Source: an uncultured Pseudomonadota bacterium
GTDB lineage: Bacteria > Myxococcota_A > Polyangia > Fen-1088
DNA length: 64,000 nt
Assembly (NCBI GenBank): GCA_963847705.1
Contig: CAWKBC010000014.1
Location: 128,001 to 192,000, forward strand
Direction of reading: 5' to 3'
The notes below the pieces were generated by a model. It saw only the letters and a program-made list of their open reading frames with translations, did not search any database and was not told the origin of the DNA. Below, piece by piece: positions 62,833 to 64,000 of this stretch. Both the position numbers and the translations under genes were made by a program. Within the stretch, counting starts at the first letter, position 1, and each line of letters begins with the position of its first letter.

Positions 62833-63705
62833 TCAATTGAAGCCGAGCTGAAGTTGGCCCTGGTCAGAGATGAAGACCGGCGCGGCGACGAAGATCGGGG
62901 GGAGAGGGTTCAAAGGATAGAAGTAAACGGCACCTATGGTGAGCGCAAGCACTGGTGGGTTCGGGAGCGACGCGGACGGTACGAGGCGGTACCCGATACC
63001 GGCGCCGTCGCTGGTGAGCGAGGTGCCGCAGCCGTCGACGGCCGGGCTCGGGTCAGACGGAGTGGGAGCGCAATCAGGGAAGTTGGCCGAGACCTCGGCA
63101 TCGAATATGTCCCCGAGCGCCAGCACGGGCGACAGGACCGTACAGGTCGCGGCGTCCGTGCAGCTCACGACCTCGATCGCCTGACCGGTAGGCATGAGAT
63201 TGACCACGGTCACGTGCTCGTTGCCGGCCGTGGGTGCGTCGGGGAGCGACACGAAGAGGCCCTGCAAGGCGTCGAGCGGACCGTACAGAAACAACCGCGC
63301 GTTTCCCCCCGCCGGAATCTGACCGTCGCCGTCGAAGATCGGCGCCTGCCCCGGCGCCGCGATCGTGAAGTGGTGCGGGCCGGCGTCCAGGTAGTGGACC
63401 GAATTCTCGGCCCCCTCGGTCACCGTGTAGAGGGACTGGCCCGCTTGTTCCGGGTCATAGAGGAGATCGCCGTCGAGCCAGAGATCGTACTGCGTCAAGT
63501 TCGGGTTCGTCGCAACGCGCGCCTGCTCCGCCTGGAATGTGGCGTCGGTGGGGGAGAGTGAGGTGACCAGGCCGCCTTTGTTCGATCCGGCGCTGGTGCT
63601 GGCGATGACGACGTTGCTCGGATCGACGTTTTTCGTGGCGCACGCCGAGAGACAGAGATGCATGCAGGCGAACCACAAGACTGTCAACAGCCGACGGTTT
63701 TTCAT
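62833..63705 (-). CDS. Putative lipoprotein
   Basis: MKNRRLL..LSAC lipobox; beta-rich mature domain; GGAG RBS. Confidence 0.65.
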   Translation of the reverse strand: MKNRRLLTVLWFACMHLCLSACATKNVDPSNVVIASTSAGSNKGGLVTSLSPTDATFQAEQARVATNPNLTQYDLWLDGDLLYDPEQAGQSLYTVTEGAENSVHYLDAGPHHFTIAAPGQAPIFDGDGQIPAGGNARLFLYGPLDALQGLFVSLPDAPTAGNEHVTVVNLMPTGQAIEVVSCTDAATCTVLSPVLALGDIFDAEVSANFPDCAPTPSDPSPAVDGCGTSLTSDGAGIGYRLVPSASLPNPPVLALTIGAVYFYPLNPLPPIFVAAPVFISDQGQLQLGFN

Positions 63706-64000
63706 CGAAGCTCCTTCCACCCTTTTTGTTGGGACCGTTGCCTTTCTTGGTCGGGTGCAGTGAGCAAAAAGAAAGATCTTCCCGACCGGGAAGTCCGCCA
63801 GACTAACCACCGGTAGTGTATCGGGCCTCTCGACACAAGCTCCTCCTCTGCCTGGCGGGCGTCGCGTTGCTGGCAGCGGCGGCCTCGCGCACCCACGCTG
63901 GGACCGCCGACGCGGCGCCCCCGATGCCGCCCACACCGGAGCAGCTAGACACGCTGCCGTTTTCGGACGCCGAGCTCCAGCAAGCGTTGCTGGCGCGGTT

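Overview
High-GC window that looks myxobacterial (Myxococcota; inferred from gene content). It has three parts. (1) 1-34.9 kb is host chromosome: dnaG-rpoD, housekeeping genes, ECF sigma/anti-sigma, radC, recQ, tlyA. Embedded at about 7-25.6 kb is a candidate undescribed peptide export/signalling locus. It has a 232-aa polyprotein of ten cassettes (LKV[K/R]S[A/T]I[K/R]AG[G/A] + variable segment + ANH[N/S]RSA) behind a sigma54 promoter and a decayed second copy with its own sigma54 promoter. It also has a C39-peptidase ABC exporter plus a partner half-transporter, an outer-membrane DUF5916-like protein, two membrane Ser/Thr kinases with TPR ectodomains, a TPR protein and an FHA-domain sigma54 activator. 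(2) 34956-60658 is a ~25.7 kb integrative, probably mobilizable element in tRNA-Ala(CGC), with a 51-bp direct repeat, tyrosine integrase, relaxase and RHH protein. Its cargo is defence/TA-like (Lamassu-like pair, HEPN, STAND-TPR, FRG, GhoS-like, PRTase-GNAT, nucleotidyltransferase) plus a complete His-Xaa-Ser radical-SAM RiPP operon and a stray tRNA-Asp att fragment. (3) 60.7-64 kb holds two lipoprotein genes and a third partial tRNA-Ala copy. Three frameshifts in host genes all look like GATCT->GATTCT and are probably sequencing artefacts. All family assignments come from motif recognition by eye; no searches were run.
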